64,000 bases of DNA from Eledone cirrhosa (GCA_964016885.1 OZ024743.1:79670001-79734000), one strand, 5' to 3'; shown: positions 1-13,845, counted from the stretch's first letter. The notes: a model not told the origin generated them from the sequence alone. Numbers and translations are program-made.

Positions 1-351
1 CGTTTACCCATCTGCCAGATAGTTGAACGTTCGAAAGTATATACTTTCCTTATGAAAATTAACGGCTGAGCAGCCTAATTTGCATATTGAGTGAGTTAAA
101 TCGGTCAGGCATACCGAAAACGATAAATTGAAACAAAATGAAAATGAAATTTCATTTCTCACTCTTAGTATGGCACTTACTTAAATGTAAGTATGCATGT
201 ATACGTACATACATATATGTATACAGACGTACAGTAGCATGCACATATATATATATATATACATATATACATACATGTGCATACAGGTACACATACATAC
301 ATGCACGTATCAGTTTAGCGGCGCCAACGTCGCTTTGTTCGTTTGTAAACA
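1..351 (-). repeat. Inverted partial unit of the 466-bp HHR repeat, continuing off the left edge
   Basis: 1-20 is the reverse complement of 555-574, and reverse-complement identity to the unit continues to GTTTGTAAACA at 351. The HHR core of this copy would lie just left of position 1. Confidence 0.95.
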
Positions 352-377
352 TACTTACATTTAAGTAAGTGCATACT

Positions 378-3300
378 TGCATACTTACATTTAAGTAAGT
401 GCCATACTAAGAGTGAGAAATGAAATTTCATTTTCATTTTGTTTCAATTTATCGTTTTCGGTATGCCTGACCGATTTAACTCACTCAATATGCAAATTAG
501 GCTGCTCAGCCGTTAATTTTCATAAGGAAAGTATATACTTTCGAACGTTCAACTATCTGGCAGATGGGTAAACGGTGCTGATGATAGCTAACAAGCTTGA
601 AACTAGTACATCGTTCCTGTGTCAGTGTTGAACAAAAAGGTGACGTGGTTGCCTTAACACCGTATGGCATAAATTCAGGCTGTTCAGTTTGTTTACAAAC
701 GAACAAAGCGACGTTGGCGCCGCTAAACTGATACGTGCATGTATGTATGTGTACCTGTATGCACATGTATGTATATATGTATATATATATATATATGTGC
801 ATGCTACTGTACGTCTGTATACATATATGTATGTACGTATACATGCATACTTACATTTAAGTAAGTGCCATACTAAGAGTGAGAAATGAAATTTCATTTT
901 CATTTTGTTTCAATTTATCGTTTTCGGTATGCCTGACCGATTTAACTCACTCAATATGCAAATTAGGCTGCTCAGCCGTTAATTTTCATAAGGAAAGTAT
1001 ATACTTTCGAACGTTCAACTATCTGGCAGATGGGTAAACGGTGCTGATGATAGCTAACAAGCTTGAAACTAGTACATCGTTCCTGTGTCAGTGTTGAACA
1101 AAAAGGTGACGTGGTTGCCTTAACACCGTATGGCATAAATTCAGGCTGTTCAGTTTGTTTACAAACGAACAAAGCGACGTTGGCGCCGCTAAACTGATAC
1201 GTGCATGTATGTATGTGTACCTGTATGCACATGTATGTATATATGTATATATATATATATATGTGCATGCTACTGTACGTCTGTATACATATATGTATGT
1301 ACGTATACATGCATACTTACATTTAAGTAAGTGCCATACTAAGAGTGAGAAATGAAATTTCATTTTCATTTTGTTTCAATTTATCGTTTTCGGTATGCCT
1401 GACCGATTTAACTCACTCAATATACAAATTAGGCTGCTCAGCCGTTAATTTTCATAAGGAAAGTATATACTTTCGAACGTTCAACTATCTGGCAGATGGG
1501 TAAACGGTGCTGATGATAGCTAACAAGCTTGAAACTAGTACATCGTTCCTGTGTCAGTGTTGAACAAAAAGGTGACGTGGTTGCCTTAACACCGTATGGC
1601 ATAAATTCAGGCTGTTCAGTTTGTTTACAAACGAACAAAGCGACGTTGGCGCCGCTAAACTGATACGTGCATGTATGTATGTGTACCTGTATGCACATGT
1701 ATGTATATATGTATATATATATATATATGTGCATGCTACTGTACGTCTGTATACATATATGTATGTACGTATACATGCATACTTACATTTAAGTAAGTGC
1801 CATACTAAGAGTGAGAAATGAAATTTCATTTTCATTTTGTTTCAATTTATCGTTTTCGGTATGCCTGACCGATTTAACTCACTCAATATGCAAATTAGGC
1901 TGCTCAGCCGTTAATTTTCATAAGGAAAGTATATACTTTCGAACGTTCAACTATCTGGCAGATGGGTAAACGGTGCTGATGATAGCTAACAAGCTTGAAA
2001 CTAGTACATCGTTCCTGTGTCAGTGTTGAACAAAAAGGTGACGTGGTTGCCTTAACACCGTATGGCATAAATTCAGGCTGTTCAGTTTGTTTACAAACGA
2101 ACAAAGCGACGTTGGCGCCGCTAAACTGATACGTGCATGTATGTATGTGTACCTGTATGCACATGTATGTATATATGTATATATATATATATATGTGCAT
2201 GCTACTGTACGTCTGTATACATATATGTATGTACGTATACATGCATACTTACATTTAAGTAAGTGCCATACTAAGAGTGAGAAATGAAATTTCATTTTCA
2301 TTTTGTTTCAATTTATCGTTTTCGGTATGCCTGACCGATTTAACTCACTCAATATGCAAATTAGGCTGCTCAGCCGTTAATTTTCATAAGGAAAGTATAT
2401 ACTTTCGAACGTTCAACTATCTGGCAGATGGGTAAACGGTGCTGATGATAGCTAACAAGCTTGAAACTAGTACATCGTTCCTGTGTCAGTGTTGAACAAA
2501 AAGGTGACGTGGTTGCCTTAACACCGTATGGCATAAATTCAGGCTGTTCAGTTTGTTTACAAACGAACAAAGCGACGTTGGCGCCGCTAAACTGATACGT
2601 GCATGTATGTATGTGTACCTGTATGCACATGTATGTATATATGTATATATATATATATATGTGCATGCTACTGTACGTCTGTATACATATATGTATGTAC
2701 GTATACATGCATACTTACATTTAAGTAAGTGCCATACTAAGAGTGAGAAATGAAATTTCATTTTCATTTTGTTTCAATTTATCGTTTTCGGTATGCCTGA
2801 CCGATTTAACTCACTCAATATGCAAATTAGGCTGCTCAGCCGTTAATTTTCATAAGGAAAGTATATACTTTCGAACGTTCAACTATCTGGCAGATGGGTA
2901 AACGGTGCTGATGATAGCTAACAAGCTTGAAACTAGTACATCGTTCCTGTGTCAGTGTTGAACAAAAAGGTGACGTGGTTGCCTTAACACCGTATGGCAT
3001 AAATTCAGGCTGTTCAGTTTGTTTACAAACGAACAAAGCGACGTTGGCGCCGCTAAACTGATACGTGCATGTATGTATGTGTACCTGTATGCACATGTAT
3101 GTATATATGTATATATATATATATATGTGCATGCTACTGTACGTCTGTATACATATATGTATGTACGTATACATGCATACTTACATTTAAGTAAGTGCCA
3201 TACTAAGAGTGAGAAATGAAATTTCATTTTCATTTTGTTTCAATTTATCGTTTTCGGTATGCCTGACCGATTTAACTCACTCAATATGCAAATTAGGCTG

Positions 3301-3710
3301 CTCAGCCGTTAATTTTCATAAGGAAAGTATATACTTTCGAACGTTCAACTATCTGGCAGATGGGTAAACGGTGCTGATGATAGCTAACAAGCTTGAAACT
3401 AGTACATCGTTCCTGTGTCAGTGTTGAACAAAAAGGTGACGTGGTTGCCTTAACACCGTATGGCATAAATTCAGGCTGTTCAGTTTGTTTACAAACGAAC
3501 AAAGCGACGTTGGCGCCGCTAAACTGATACGTGCATGTATGTATGTGTACCTGTATGCACATGTATGTATATATGTATATATATATATATATGTGCATGC
3601 TACTGTACGTCTGTATACATATATGTATGTACGTATACATGCATACTTACATTTAAGTAAGTGCCATACTAAGAGTGAGAAATGAAATTTCATTTTCATT
3701 TTGTTTCAAT
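378..3710 (+). mobile_element. Tandem array of about 7.15 x 466-bp units, one hammerhead ribozyme per unit (non-LTR retrozyme-like)
   Basis: Exact 466-bp periodicity (the ORF track repeats every 466). The only difference I noticed is G>A at 1424. Ends at TTTCATTTTGTTTCAAT followed by a (TA)n-like tract. Confidence 0.9.
571..615 (+). ncRNA. Minimal type I hammerhead ribozyme, array copy 1 (identical copies at 1037-1081, 1503-1547, 1969-2013, 2435-2479, 2901-2945, 3367-3411)
   Basis: Stem I AACGGUG/CAUCGUU (7 bp, one G-U); core CUGAUGA 578-584; stem II U-AGCU-aaca-AGCU-U; GAAA 599-602; palindromic mini stem III ACUAGU; GUA triplet with predicted cut after 608. Confidence 0.9.
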
Positions 3711-3761
3711 GTATATATATATATATATATGTATAAATGTATATATGTATATATGTATATA

Positions 3762-4317
3762 TATATTAATAAAAGGAATTCCAACTTTGTCTGATTTACT
3801 CGTTTTATTTACAATCCTTTAAAATTATAATGGTATGAAATAGAAATTATAATGGTATGAAATAGAAATTATAATGGTATGAAATAGAAATTATAAGGGT
3901 ATTAAAATGAAATAGTTTGCATTGCAAACTTGACTGAATATGAACTTGAAGATTGCGAAAGCATGAAAGTACTTGTTCAATTAACACTTAACATTTAATA
4001 TTCTACCATACTATTTCATTTTAATATCATTATAATTTTAAAGGATATAATTTTAATTGGATATGGCGGTGGATTAGCAGTATCGGTAGAGGGTCGGACG
4101 CCATGCTTTCCAGCATAGTTACGTCCCCTTACGATCTGAGTTCAAATCCCGCCGAGGTTGACTTTGCCTTTCATCCTTACGCGGTTGATAAAATAAAGTA
4201 CCAGTAATGCACTGAAAATTGCTGGCCTTGTGGCTAAAATAGAAACAATTATAATTTTAAAGGATTGTAAATAAAACGAGTAAATCAGACAAAGTTGGAA
4301 TTCCTTTTTATTAATAT
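3762..4317. repeat. Foldback element with about 69-bp inverted arms (3762-3830 / 4248-4317) enclosing a 22-bp minisatellite and a SINE
   Basis: ATATTAATAAAAAGGAATTCCAACTTTGTCTG...AAAATTATAAT and its reverse complement; AAATTATAATGGTATGAAATAG repeated about 3.5 times. Confidence 0.8.
4065..4250 (+). mobile_element. tRNA-derived SINE family A
   Basis: A-box-like GGATTAGCAGTATCGG, B-box GAGTTCAAATCC, conserved body GATAAAATAAAGTACCAGT, tail TAGAAACAATT; about 10 copies in the window. Confidence 0.85.
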
Positions 4318-4404
4318 AATCTTCTATACACACTCATACAGACCCGTGTTTATTTATTTATATATATATGTATATATGTATATACGTATATATATATATA
4401 TGTA

Positions 4405-4812
4405 AACGGAAAAAATGAAACGAAATTTCATTTCCCACTCTTAGTACGACTGTTACTTAAATATAAGTATGTACACGTACATACATATATGTATACAGAC
4501 GTACAGTAGTATGCACATATGCATACAGACGTACAGTAGTATGTATACATATATACGTACATGCACACACATATATATGTACGTATGGATTCACCGAACA
4601 TTTATTATAACGTTCGGTGTGTTTGTAAACAAACATCCCGTATTAAGCCGTAGTGTCTAGCAAATATCGTTGCTAGTTTGTTCAACACTGACAAAGTAAC
4701 GCTGTACTAGTTTCAAGCTTATTAGCTATCGTCAGCAACGTATACCTTCCTGCGAGATTGTTGAACGTATATACTTACCTTATGCATATTAAAGGCTGAG
4801 TAGCCCAATTTA
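4405..4812 (-). mobile_element. Diverged dispersed copy of the 466-bp HHR family; HHR at 4700-4740
   Basis: Minus strand reads CGUUG-CUGACGA-UAGCUaauaAGCUU-GAAA-CUAG-UA-CAGCG; flanks are homologous to the array unit. Confidence 0.85.
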
Positions 4813-5255
4813 AGTAACAGCCGTACTAAGAGTGGGAAATGAAATTTCGTTTCATTTTTCCGTTTATCGTTTTCGGTGCACCCGGCCGATTAACCCACTC
4901 GATATGCAAATTGTGCTACTCAGCCGTTAATATGCATAGGTAAGTATATGCGTTCAACAATCTGGCAGGAAGGTATACGTTGCTGACGATAGCTAATAAG
5001 CTTGAAACTAGTATAGCGTTCCTTTGTCAGTGTTGAACAAACGAGCAACGATGGTTGCTAGACACTACGGCTTAATACGGGATGTTTGTTTAAAAACACA
5101 CCGAGCATTATAATAAATGTTCGGTGATTCCATACGTAAATATATATGTGTGTGCATGTATGTATATATGTATACATACTACTGTACGTCTGTATGCATA
5201 TGTGCATACTACTGTACGTCTGTATACATATATGTATGTACGTGTACATACTTAT
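4811..5255 (+). mobile_element. Diverged copy of the 466-bp HHR family, divergent to the previous copy; HHR at 4978-5018
   Basis: CGUUG-CUGACGA-UAGCUaauaAGCUU-GAAA-CUAG-UA-UAGCG. Confidence 0.85.
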
Positions 5256-6189
5256 ATGTATATATGTATATATATGTATATACATATATATGTATATATG
5301 TATATATATATATAGATGTATCTATATATATATATGTATATATGTATATATATATATAGATGTATCTATATATATATGTATATATGTATATATGTATATA
5401 TATGTATATATGTATATATGTATAGATGTATATACTATTACATACACACACACACGCACATATATATATATATACACATATATATGTGTGTGTATGTGAA
5501 TGTATGTGTGTATGTGTGTGTATGAGTGTATGTGTGTATACTATAGCATATATATATGTGTATATGAGTCTATGCATGTGTGTGGATATATATATGAGTG
5601 TGTGTGTGCATGTGTGTGTATGTGTGTATGTGTGTGTATGTGTATGTGTGTGGATGTGTGTCTCTGTGTATGTGTGTATGTGTATGTGTGTGTATGTGTG
5701 TCTCTGTGTATGTGTGTATGTATGTGTATGTGTGTGTATGTGTGTCTGTGTATGTGTGCATATGTATGTATGTATGTGTGTATGTGTGTATGTATGTATG
5801 TGTGTATGTGTATGTATGTGTGTATGTATGTGTGCTTGTGTGTGTGTATGTGTGTGTATGTATGTGTGTATGTATGTGTGTATATTTGTGTATGTGTTTG
5901 TTAATGTGTGTATGTGTATGTGTATGTATGTTTGTATGTGTATGTATGTGTATGTGTGTGCATGTGTATGTATGTGTGCATGTGTATGTGTGTGTGTATG
6001 TGTATGTGTGTGTCAGTGTATGTGTGTGTGTATGTATATGTATGTGTGTATGTGTATGTATGTGTATGTATGTATATGTACGTGTGTATGTGTGTGTATG
6101 TATATGTATGTATTATGTATGTGAGTATGTATGTGTGTATGTATATGTGTATGTATGAATATGTGTATGTATATATATATATGTGTGTG

Positions 6190-6220
<31 letters not shown>

Positions 6221-7053
6221 TTATGTATATGTGTACGTATATGTATATATGTATATGTGTATATATGTATATATGTATATGTGTATGTATATGTATATCT
6301 GTATATATGTATATATGTGTATGTGTGTCTGCGTCTCATTTTTTTATCTTTTAATCTTTCACCTTTCCTATCTCTGTTTCCTCTCCTTCTTTCTTTCTTT
6401 TTTCTATCTGTCTATTTCTTTGTCAAACCTCTTCTGGGCCCTCATTGTACCCCCCTCTATCTATATATATATATCTCTCCCTCTCTTTCTCTATGTATAT
6501 ATATATATGTCTGTCTCTCTCTCACCCCTCTCCCTCTCTCTATCTCCCCCTCTCTCTCTATATATATATATGTCTGTCTCCCCCTCTCTCTCTCCCTCTC
6601 TTTATCTCTCTCTCTATACATATATGTCTGTCTCCCTCCTCTCTCTCTCTATATATATATATGTCCCTCTCTCCCTCTATCTCTATCTATCTATCTATCT
6701 ATCTATCTCTCCCTCTCACTCTCTCTCTCTATTTATCTTTCTCTTTCTCTTTATCTCTTTTTCTGTCTCTCTCTATATTTATATCTATCTATCTCCCTCT
6801 CTCCTCCTCTCACTCCTCCCTCTATATATATATGTATATATGTCTATCTATGCCCCTCTCTCTCACCACCCTCTCTCCTCTCTCTCTATCCTTTCTCCCT
6901 CTCCCACTCTCTCTCTTACTCTCTTTAAATCCTTCCTGTATCTTGTGTGTTCCTCCTTCATTACAGTTCCTGTGTAAAAGTGAGTGTTAAAGAGATAGAG
7001 AGAGAGAGATAGAGAGAGAGATAGAGAGATAGAGAGACAGAGAATGAGATAGT

Positions 7054-7112
<59 letters not shown>

Positions 7113-7176
7113 AGATAGTTAGATAGATAGAGAGATAGAGATAGAGAGAGAGAGAGAGAGTTGTATATATATATTA

Positions 7177-7209
<33 letters not shown>

Positions 7210-7217
7210 GTATATAA

Positions 7218-7295
<78 letters not shown>

Positions 7296-7350
7296 TTTAT
7301 GCGAATATATATATATATACATGCAAATATACTTATACATATATATACAC

Positions 7351-7382
<32 letters not shown>

Positions 7383-7430
7383 AGTATATATATCTATATA
7401 TAAAGAAGAGAGGGAAACAGGTATGAAAGA
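5255..7430. repeat. Compound microsatellite tract (TA, TG/TATG, CT, GA)
   Basis: Visible dinucleotide and tetranucleotide runs. Confidence 0.95.
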
Positions 7431-7848
7431 GAGATAAGGAGAATGGGGAAAAAAGAAAGAGAGAGAGCGAGAGAGGGGGGTAGAGGGTGTAGTTGAGATA
7501 AAAGAGAACTTATTTCGAATTCCGTTTACAAATCCATATTATCTTGGATGTTTCGCAACTCAAGTGGGTTATCTTTCCTTCAGTGAATGGTTTCAGGCTT
7601 GTATTAAATAGTGTATCTTAAACATCAGAACTATGGCAAGAGAACAACAAATATAACAACCAACAGCACCCAACTCACCCAACACACATATCACACACAT
7701 CACACATAACACATTACACATTACACAATTTACACATTACACATTACACAATTTACACAATTTACACAACCTACACAAACACATACAGCCTAAACGATGT
7801 ACGCATACTCAGCTATAACACGACCACACGACCACACACACACAAGTA

Positions 7849-7963
<115 letters not shown>

Positions 7964-8101
7964 TAGAGAAGTGTATAGAGATAGTCCCTGGCTGAGCCGA
8001 TAGGATATCTCTCACAGATGTCACAAACAGACAAATTAACTGCGACAGATCAACAAAGGGAATTTCAGTAAACAACACAACAAACAAACAATCAAAGAGA
8101 G

Positions 8102-8135
<34 letters not shown>

Positions 8136-8237
8136 TATATGTATATATAGTGTATATATATCTGTGTGTGTATACAAACATGAACAAATTAATAAATTAA
8201 CTTAAAAAAGACCTTTTTATACACACACACACACACA

Positions 8238-8297
<60 letters not shown>

Positions 8298-8308
8298 CAC
8301 ACACACAT

Positions 8309-8385
<77 letters not shown>

Positions 8386-8428
8386 CAAAAATGTAAAACA
8401 TCTAAAAGACAATAGTCACTTTTCCTGT

Positions 8429-8511
<83 letters not shown>

Positions 8512-8837
8512 GGAAGATACTTGCATCTTTATAAGCTGAGGGCTTTTCTTATCAAAGAGCGGAGGTGCTGAAAAACAACAAAAATAAACAAATAAACATA
8601 TATATATATATAAAAACAAGGAATTAAGAATAAAACTGAAAAAGAGACAAATATAATTGAGAAAAAGAAAGCAGTGAAGCTCCAGCCCCTAACCCTTAAA
8701 ATATTCAACACAAACCGAACAAAAGAAATGCAATCTTTAATAAATAGAAACAAAAAAATACCATGGGAAGAAAATAAGGAGAAAATGTAAGAAAATAAAA
8801 GAAGATTTACGGTAGATTGTTCTGGTGTGTAATTCTA

Positions 8838-9690
8838 CGTACATGTGTGTATATATGTGTATAGATATATATACATACATGTGTATAGATGTATACATAC
8901 ATGTGAGTATAGATATATACATACATGTGTGTATAGATGTATACATACAAGTGTGTATAGATGTATAAATACATGTGTGTATAGATATATACATACATGT
9001 GTGTATAGATGTATACATACATGTGTGTATAGATATATACATACATGTGTGTATAGATATAGACAACACATGTGTGTATAGATGTATACATACATGTGTG
9101 TATAGATGTATACATACATGTGTGTATAGATGTATACATACAAGTGTGTATAGATGTAAAAATACATGTGTGTATAGATATATACATACATGTGTGTATA
9201 GATATAGAGAACACATGTGTGTATAGATGTATACATACATGTGTGTATAGATATATACATATATGTGTGTATAGATATAGAGAACACATGTGTGTATAGA
9301 TGTATACATACATGTGTGTATAGATGTTTACATACATGTGTGTATAGATGTATACATACATGTCTGTATAGATGTATACATACATGTGTGTATAGATATA
9401 TACACACATGTATGTATAGATATATACATACATGTGTGTATGGATGTATACATACATGTGTGTATAGATGTATACATACATGTGTGTATAGATATATACA
9501 CACATGTATGTATACATCTATACACGCATGTATGTATACATCTATACACACATGTATGTATATATCTATACACGCATGTATGTATATATCTATACACACA
9601 TGTATGTATACATCTATACACACATGTATGTATATATCTATACACACATGTATGTATATATCTATACACACATGTATGCACACATGTGTT
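8838..9690. repeat. 24-bp minisatellite (GTGTGTATAGATGTATACATACAT) that switches orientation near 9505
   Basis: Units read ATAGATGTATAC before about 9505 and GTATACATCTAT after it. Confidence 0.9.
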
Positions 9691-9792
9691 GCATTTTATC
9701 AATTTTGCTGTTTGCAATAAACTGGTATTCTCTGTACATACACACATGCACAAACACACACATACACAAACACAGACATATACACACACAAA

Positions 9793-9882
<90 letters not shown>

Positions 9883-9902
9883 CACACACACACACACAGA
9901 CA

Positions 9903-9947
<45 letters not shown>

Positions 9948-10176
9948 ACACAAACATACAAACATAAACACACAAACACACACAACACACACACACACAC
10001 AGACACAAACATACAAACATAAACACACACACACACAGACACAAACACACACATACACACGCACACATACACACACATGCGCGCACACACAAGACATATA
10101 TCTCTCTCTCTATATATATACATATATATATATGTATATGTATATATGTATATATGTATGTATGTATATATGTATG

Positions 10177-10219
<43 letters not shown>

Positions 10220-10272
10220 ATATGTATGTATGCATGTATATATGTATGTATGTATATATGTACGTATATATG

Positions 10273-10513
10273 TTATCTCTTTCTCTTAATTTCGAGTATA
10301 TTTTTTTGACCGGCCACCTTTCTGGTGGCACGGTTGTAAAAGAAAAGAAATTGTCATCCCTTGAATCGCAAGAATATTTTGCAAATTTTGAAGGTGCCAG
10401 CTATCGCAGCCATGAGTATGAATTCGGGAACTGCGCTCTTTGTCCGCAAATCCAAGTTCAGTCATACTTTGGTCCAAACGGGTTGGTATATAACCCGTAG
10501 ATCCAATAATGAT
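10273..10513 (-). mobile_element. Short 3' fragment of an R4/Dong-type LINE, a second copy of the end of the adjacent element
   Basis: Diverged duplicate of 10527-10770 ([22 protein letters not shown]), separated from it by (TATG)n. Confidence 0.8.
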
Positions 10514-10526
10514 GTATGTATGTATG

Positions 10527-11301
10527 TTTTCTCTTTCTCTTAATTTCGAGTATATTTTTTTGACCGGCCACCTTCCTGGTGGCAAGGTTGTAAAAGAAAA
10601 GAAATTGTCATCCCTTGAATCGCAAGAATGTTTTGCATATTTTGAAGGTGCCAGCTATCGCAGCCATTTGTAGACTATGAATTAGGGAGCTGCGCTTTTT
10701 GTCCGCAAATCCAAGTTCGGTCATACTTTGGTCCAAGCGGGTTGGTATATAACCCGTAGCACCAATAATGATGGGTTTGAAGCTAAAGGTGTATCTTGGA
10801 TACTGGATTTGTAAGCTCCTCATCAATGGTCCGTAGATGTCCTCCTTCTCCTGTATTTTTCTGACAACGTTTACATCAAGTGGGCAGCTGATCTCCACAA
10901 CAGAACACGTTTTCAATGTGTGGTCCCAAACTACAATATCAGGCCGGTTGTGCTTTAATTTGGTGGCAGTTTTTATTTTCAGGTTCCACCAGTATTCCTT
11001 AGTGCCATCTGTCTCAATATATTCTTCCTCGTTTGTTGTTAATTTTGTTTTCCGAAGTGCGTTCCAGATAGTTCTAGCTATCCCATCGTGTCTCATGGGG
11101 AGGTAGTAGCGAGATGACATTCTTTCGCAGCTGGCAACAATGTGGCTTACATCCTCGATCTTTGTTTTACATTTATTGTCAGTTGCTGGCCCTCCTCTTT
11201 TGTGCAGCAGATATTTGGTAGGGAGTTCTTGTTCCTGTATTGCATAGAGATATCCCTCAAGGTGTGATGTCATAAACTTGTCGGAACTCCATGCCAGGCT
11301 T
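10527..11301 (-). mobile_element. 5'-truncated non-LTR retrotransposon with restriction-like endonuclease (R4/Dong-like)
   Basis: ORF 10608-11301 has a Zn-knuckle remnant ([15 protein letters not shown]), RHD motif, RPDIVVWD...VVEISCP...EK (PD-(D/E)xK RLE) and PIIIGATG; flanked by (TATG)n. Confidence 0.88.
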
Positions 11302-11481
11302 TGTATGTATGTATGTATGTATGTATGTATGTATAATAATATGTATGTATAATAATATGTATGTATGTATATATGTATGTATGTATATATGTATGTATAT
11401 ATGTATATATATATGTATGTATATATGTATGTAAGTATATATGTATGTATATATGTATGTATATATGTACGTATGTATATA

Positions 11482-12090
11482 TGGCAGGTCACCAGTTGGT
11501 GCTACTGGTAACATGTATCCCAGTACAACCTGTCCCATGGTCGGTCGTTGGCGACTAAACTGGCAACCCCACGAAGGTTTCTTGGTGAGGAGGGTGACTT
11601 TGGACATCCTGCAGGACTAAAAACAAAACCTGTCAAAGGGCAAAAGCGCTCTTAAGAGTCAATGGCCATCCAAAATCACCGGGAGAGATGACCCCTTAGC
11701 CTTTGTCAAGGTAGAATTCTAGGAGAAGGAAAACTCTGATATAACACCTGCAACCCTGATGGTATCCGATGATGTTGACTTGTTCTTCTTTTTGGTAAAT
11801 ATCATCTTGGTTAAGAGAGTGGGACTGGCTTTGTGCAGTGCCTTTGCTCACTATAAAAGCTTCACGGCACAGGCATTGCTTTATATCTGGAGATCTCTCT
11901 ACACTTGTCGTCACATGGTACCATGGGCCCAGCACTATCTGTCAATAATTGTCACAAGTGTAGTGTTTGTACCAGAGTTTTCAAGTCGCTGGGTGGACTA
12001 TAAAGTCACACTTGTTCAGCGCATCGTTAGGGGTTCTCCTACATGGATATAAAGTAGTGGCCGTACTCGAAAACGAGTTGGCAGCCACCA
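11482..12090 (+). mobile_element. Internally deleted (bipartite) RTE-type non-autonomous retroelement
   Basis: 5'UTR-like block shared with 32600-33100 and 63478-63785, joined to a C-terminal Zn-finger remnant ([16 protein letters not shown]) and a short 3' end; the RTE assignment is from recall. Confidence 0.55.
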
Positions 12091-12459
12091 TGTATATATG
12101 TATGTATGTATGTATGTATATATATATATGTATATGTATGTATGTATGTATGTATATATGTATGTATATATATATATACATGCATATATGTATGTATGTA
12201 TGTATATATGTATGTATGAATATATAATATCAGGTTAGCCACGATTAGTAACCTTTTTAAGAGGATATAGGAGGAGAAGGGGGTGGACATGCGGGGGGGG
12301 GGGGTTGAAGGAGAAGAAGAAGAAAAAGAATTAGGATCAGCCGCCAAGAATCTCAGTGTATATCTCTCCCTCACAGAGACCCACGTTAATATGTATGTAC
12401 ATACAGACAAACACACATCAACACACGCCATCACATATAGTTGCACACACTTTCTATCC

Positions 12460-13652
12460 CATAGTATATATATATACATACGTATATACATACACACATA
12501 GATACATAGATACCTAAACATATACACACATATATACACCCATATATACACCCATATATATATATATATACATATATATACATACATACGTATATATATA
12601 TACACACTTATATACATATGTACCTACATATATACACCCATATATATATATACATACATACACATATATACATATATACCTAAACATATACACACATATA
12701 TAGCTACATATATACACCCATATATAGCTACATATATACACATATATAGCTACATATACATCCATACATAGCTACATATATACACATATATAGCTACATA
12801 TACATCTATATATAGCTACATATATATACCCATATATAGCTACATGTACACCCATATATAGCTACATATACATCCATATATAGCTACATATATACACCCA
12901 TATATAGCTACATGTACACCCATATATAGCTACATATATATATACCCATATATAGCTACATATATACACCCATATATAGCTACATATATACACACACATA
13001 TATAGCTACATATATACACCCATATATAGCTACATATATATATACACATATATAGCTACATATATACACCCATATATAGCTACATATATATACCAATATA
13101 TAGCTACATATATACACCCATATATAGCTACATGTATACACACATATATAGCTACATATATACACCCATATATAGCTACATATATACACACATATATAGC
13201 TACATATATACACCCATATATAGCTACATATATATATACACATATATAGCTACATATATACACCCATATATAGCTACATATATATACCAATATATAGCTA
13301 CATATATACACCCATATATAGCTACATGTATACACACATATATAGCTACATATATACACCCATATATAGCTACATATATATACACACACATATATAGCTA
13401 CATATATACACCCATATATAGCTAAACACATATACACCCATATATAGCTACATATATACACACATATATAGCTAAACACATATACACCCATATATAGCTA
13501 CATATATACACACATATATAGTTATATATATATACACACATATATAGCTACATATATACATACATACATATATACACACATATATAGCTACACATATACA
13601 CACATATATACACACATATATACACACATATGTAGCTACACATATACACACA
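12460..13652. repeat. 24-28-bp minisatellite (CATATATAGCTACATATATACACC)
   Basis: Dozens of TAGCTACATATA-containing units. Confidence 0.9.
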
Positions 13653-13845
13653 CTTCCCTAGATATCTGAGGTAATTCACATAATTTCAAATGACGAAAAC
13701 CCCTGAAATAGTCACAACCCTCAGAATATTTTGTCAAATCTTACTTTCTACGTCTTCAGCAAGAATTGGGGTCTTATCACGTAGAAAAGGGGCCGTGCCC
13801 CACCCCTCACACGACCGCTCTGGCACCCACAGACATATCTTTGTT

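Noticed and set aside
138-3699. Repeated 66-112 aa ORFs in the 466-bp array
   Set aside because: They are dominated by microsatellite-derived Y/I/H/T/C residues and are not preserved in the dispersed copies; the conserved feature is RNA structure.
4065-4160. tRNA genes at A/B-box motifs
   Set aside because: They are SINE heads followed by a conserved SINE body, with no complete cloverleaf.
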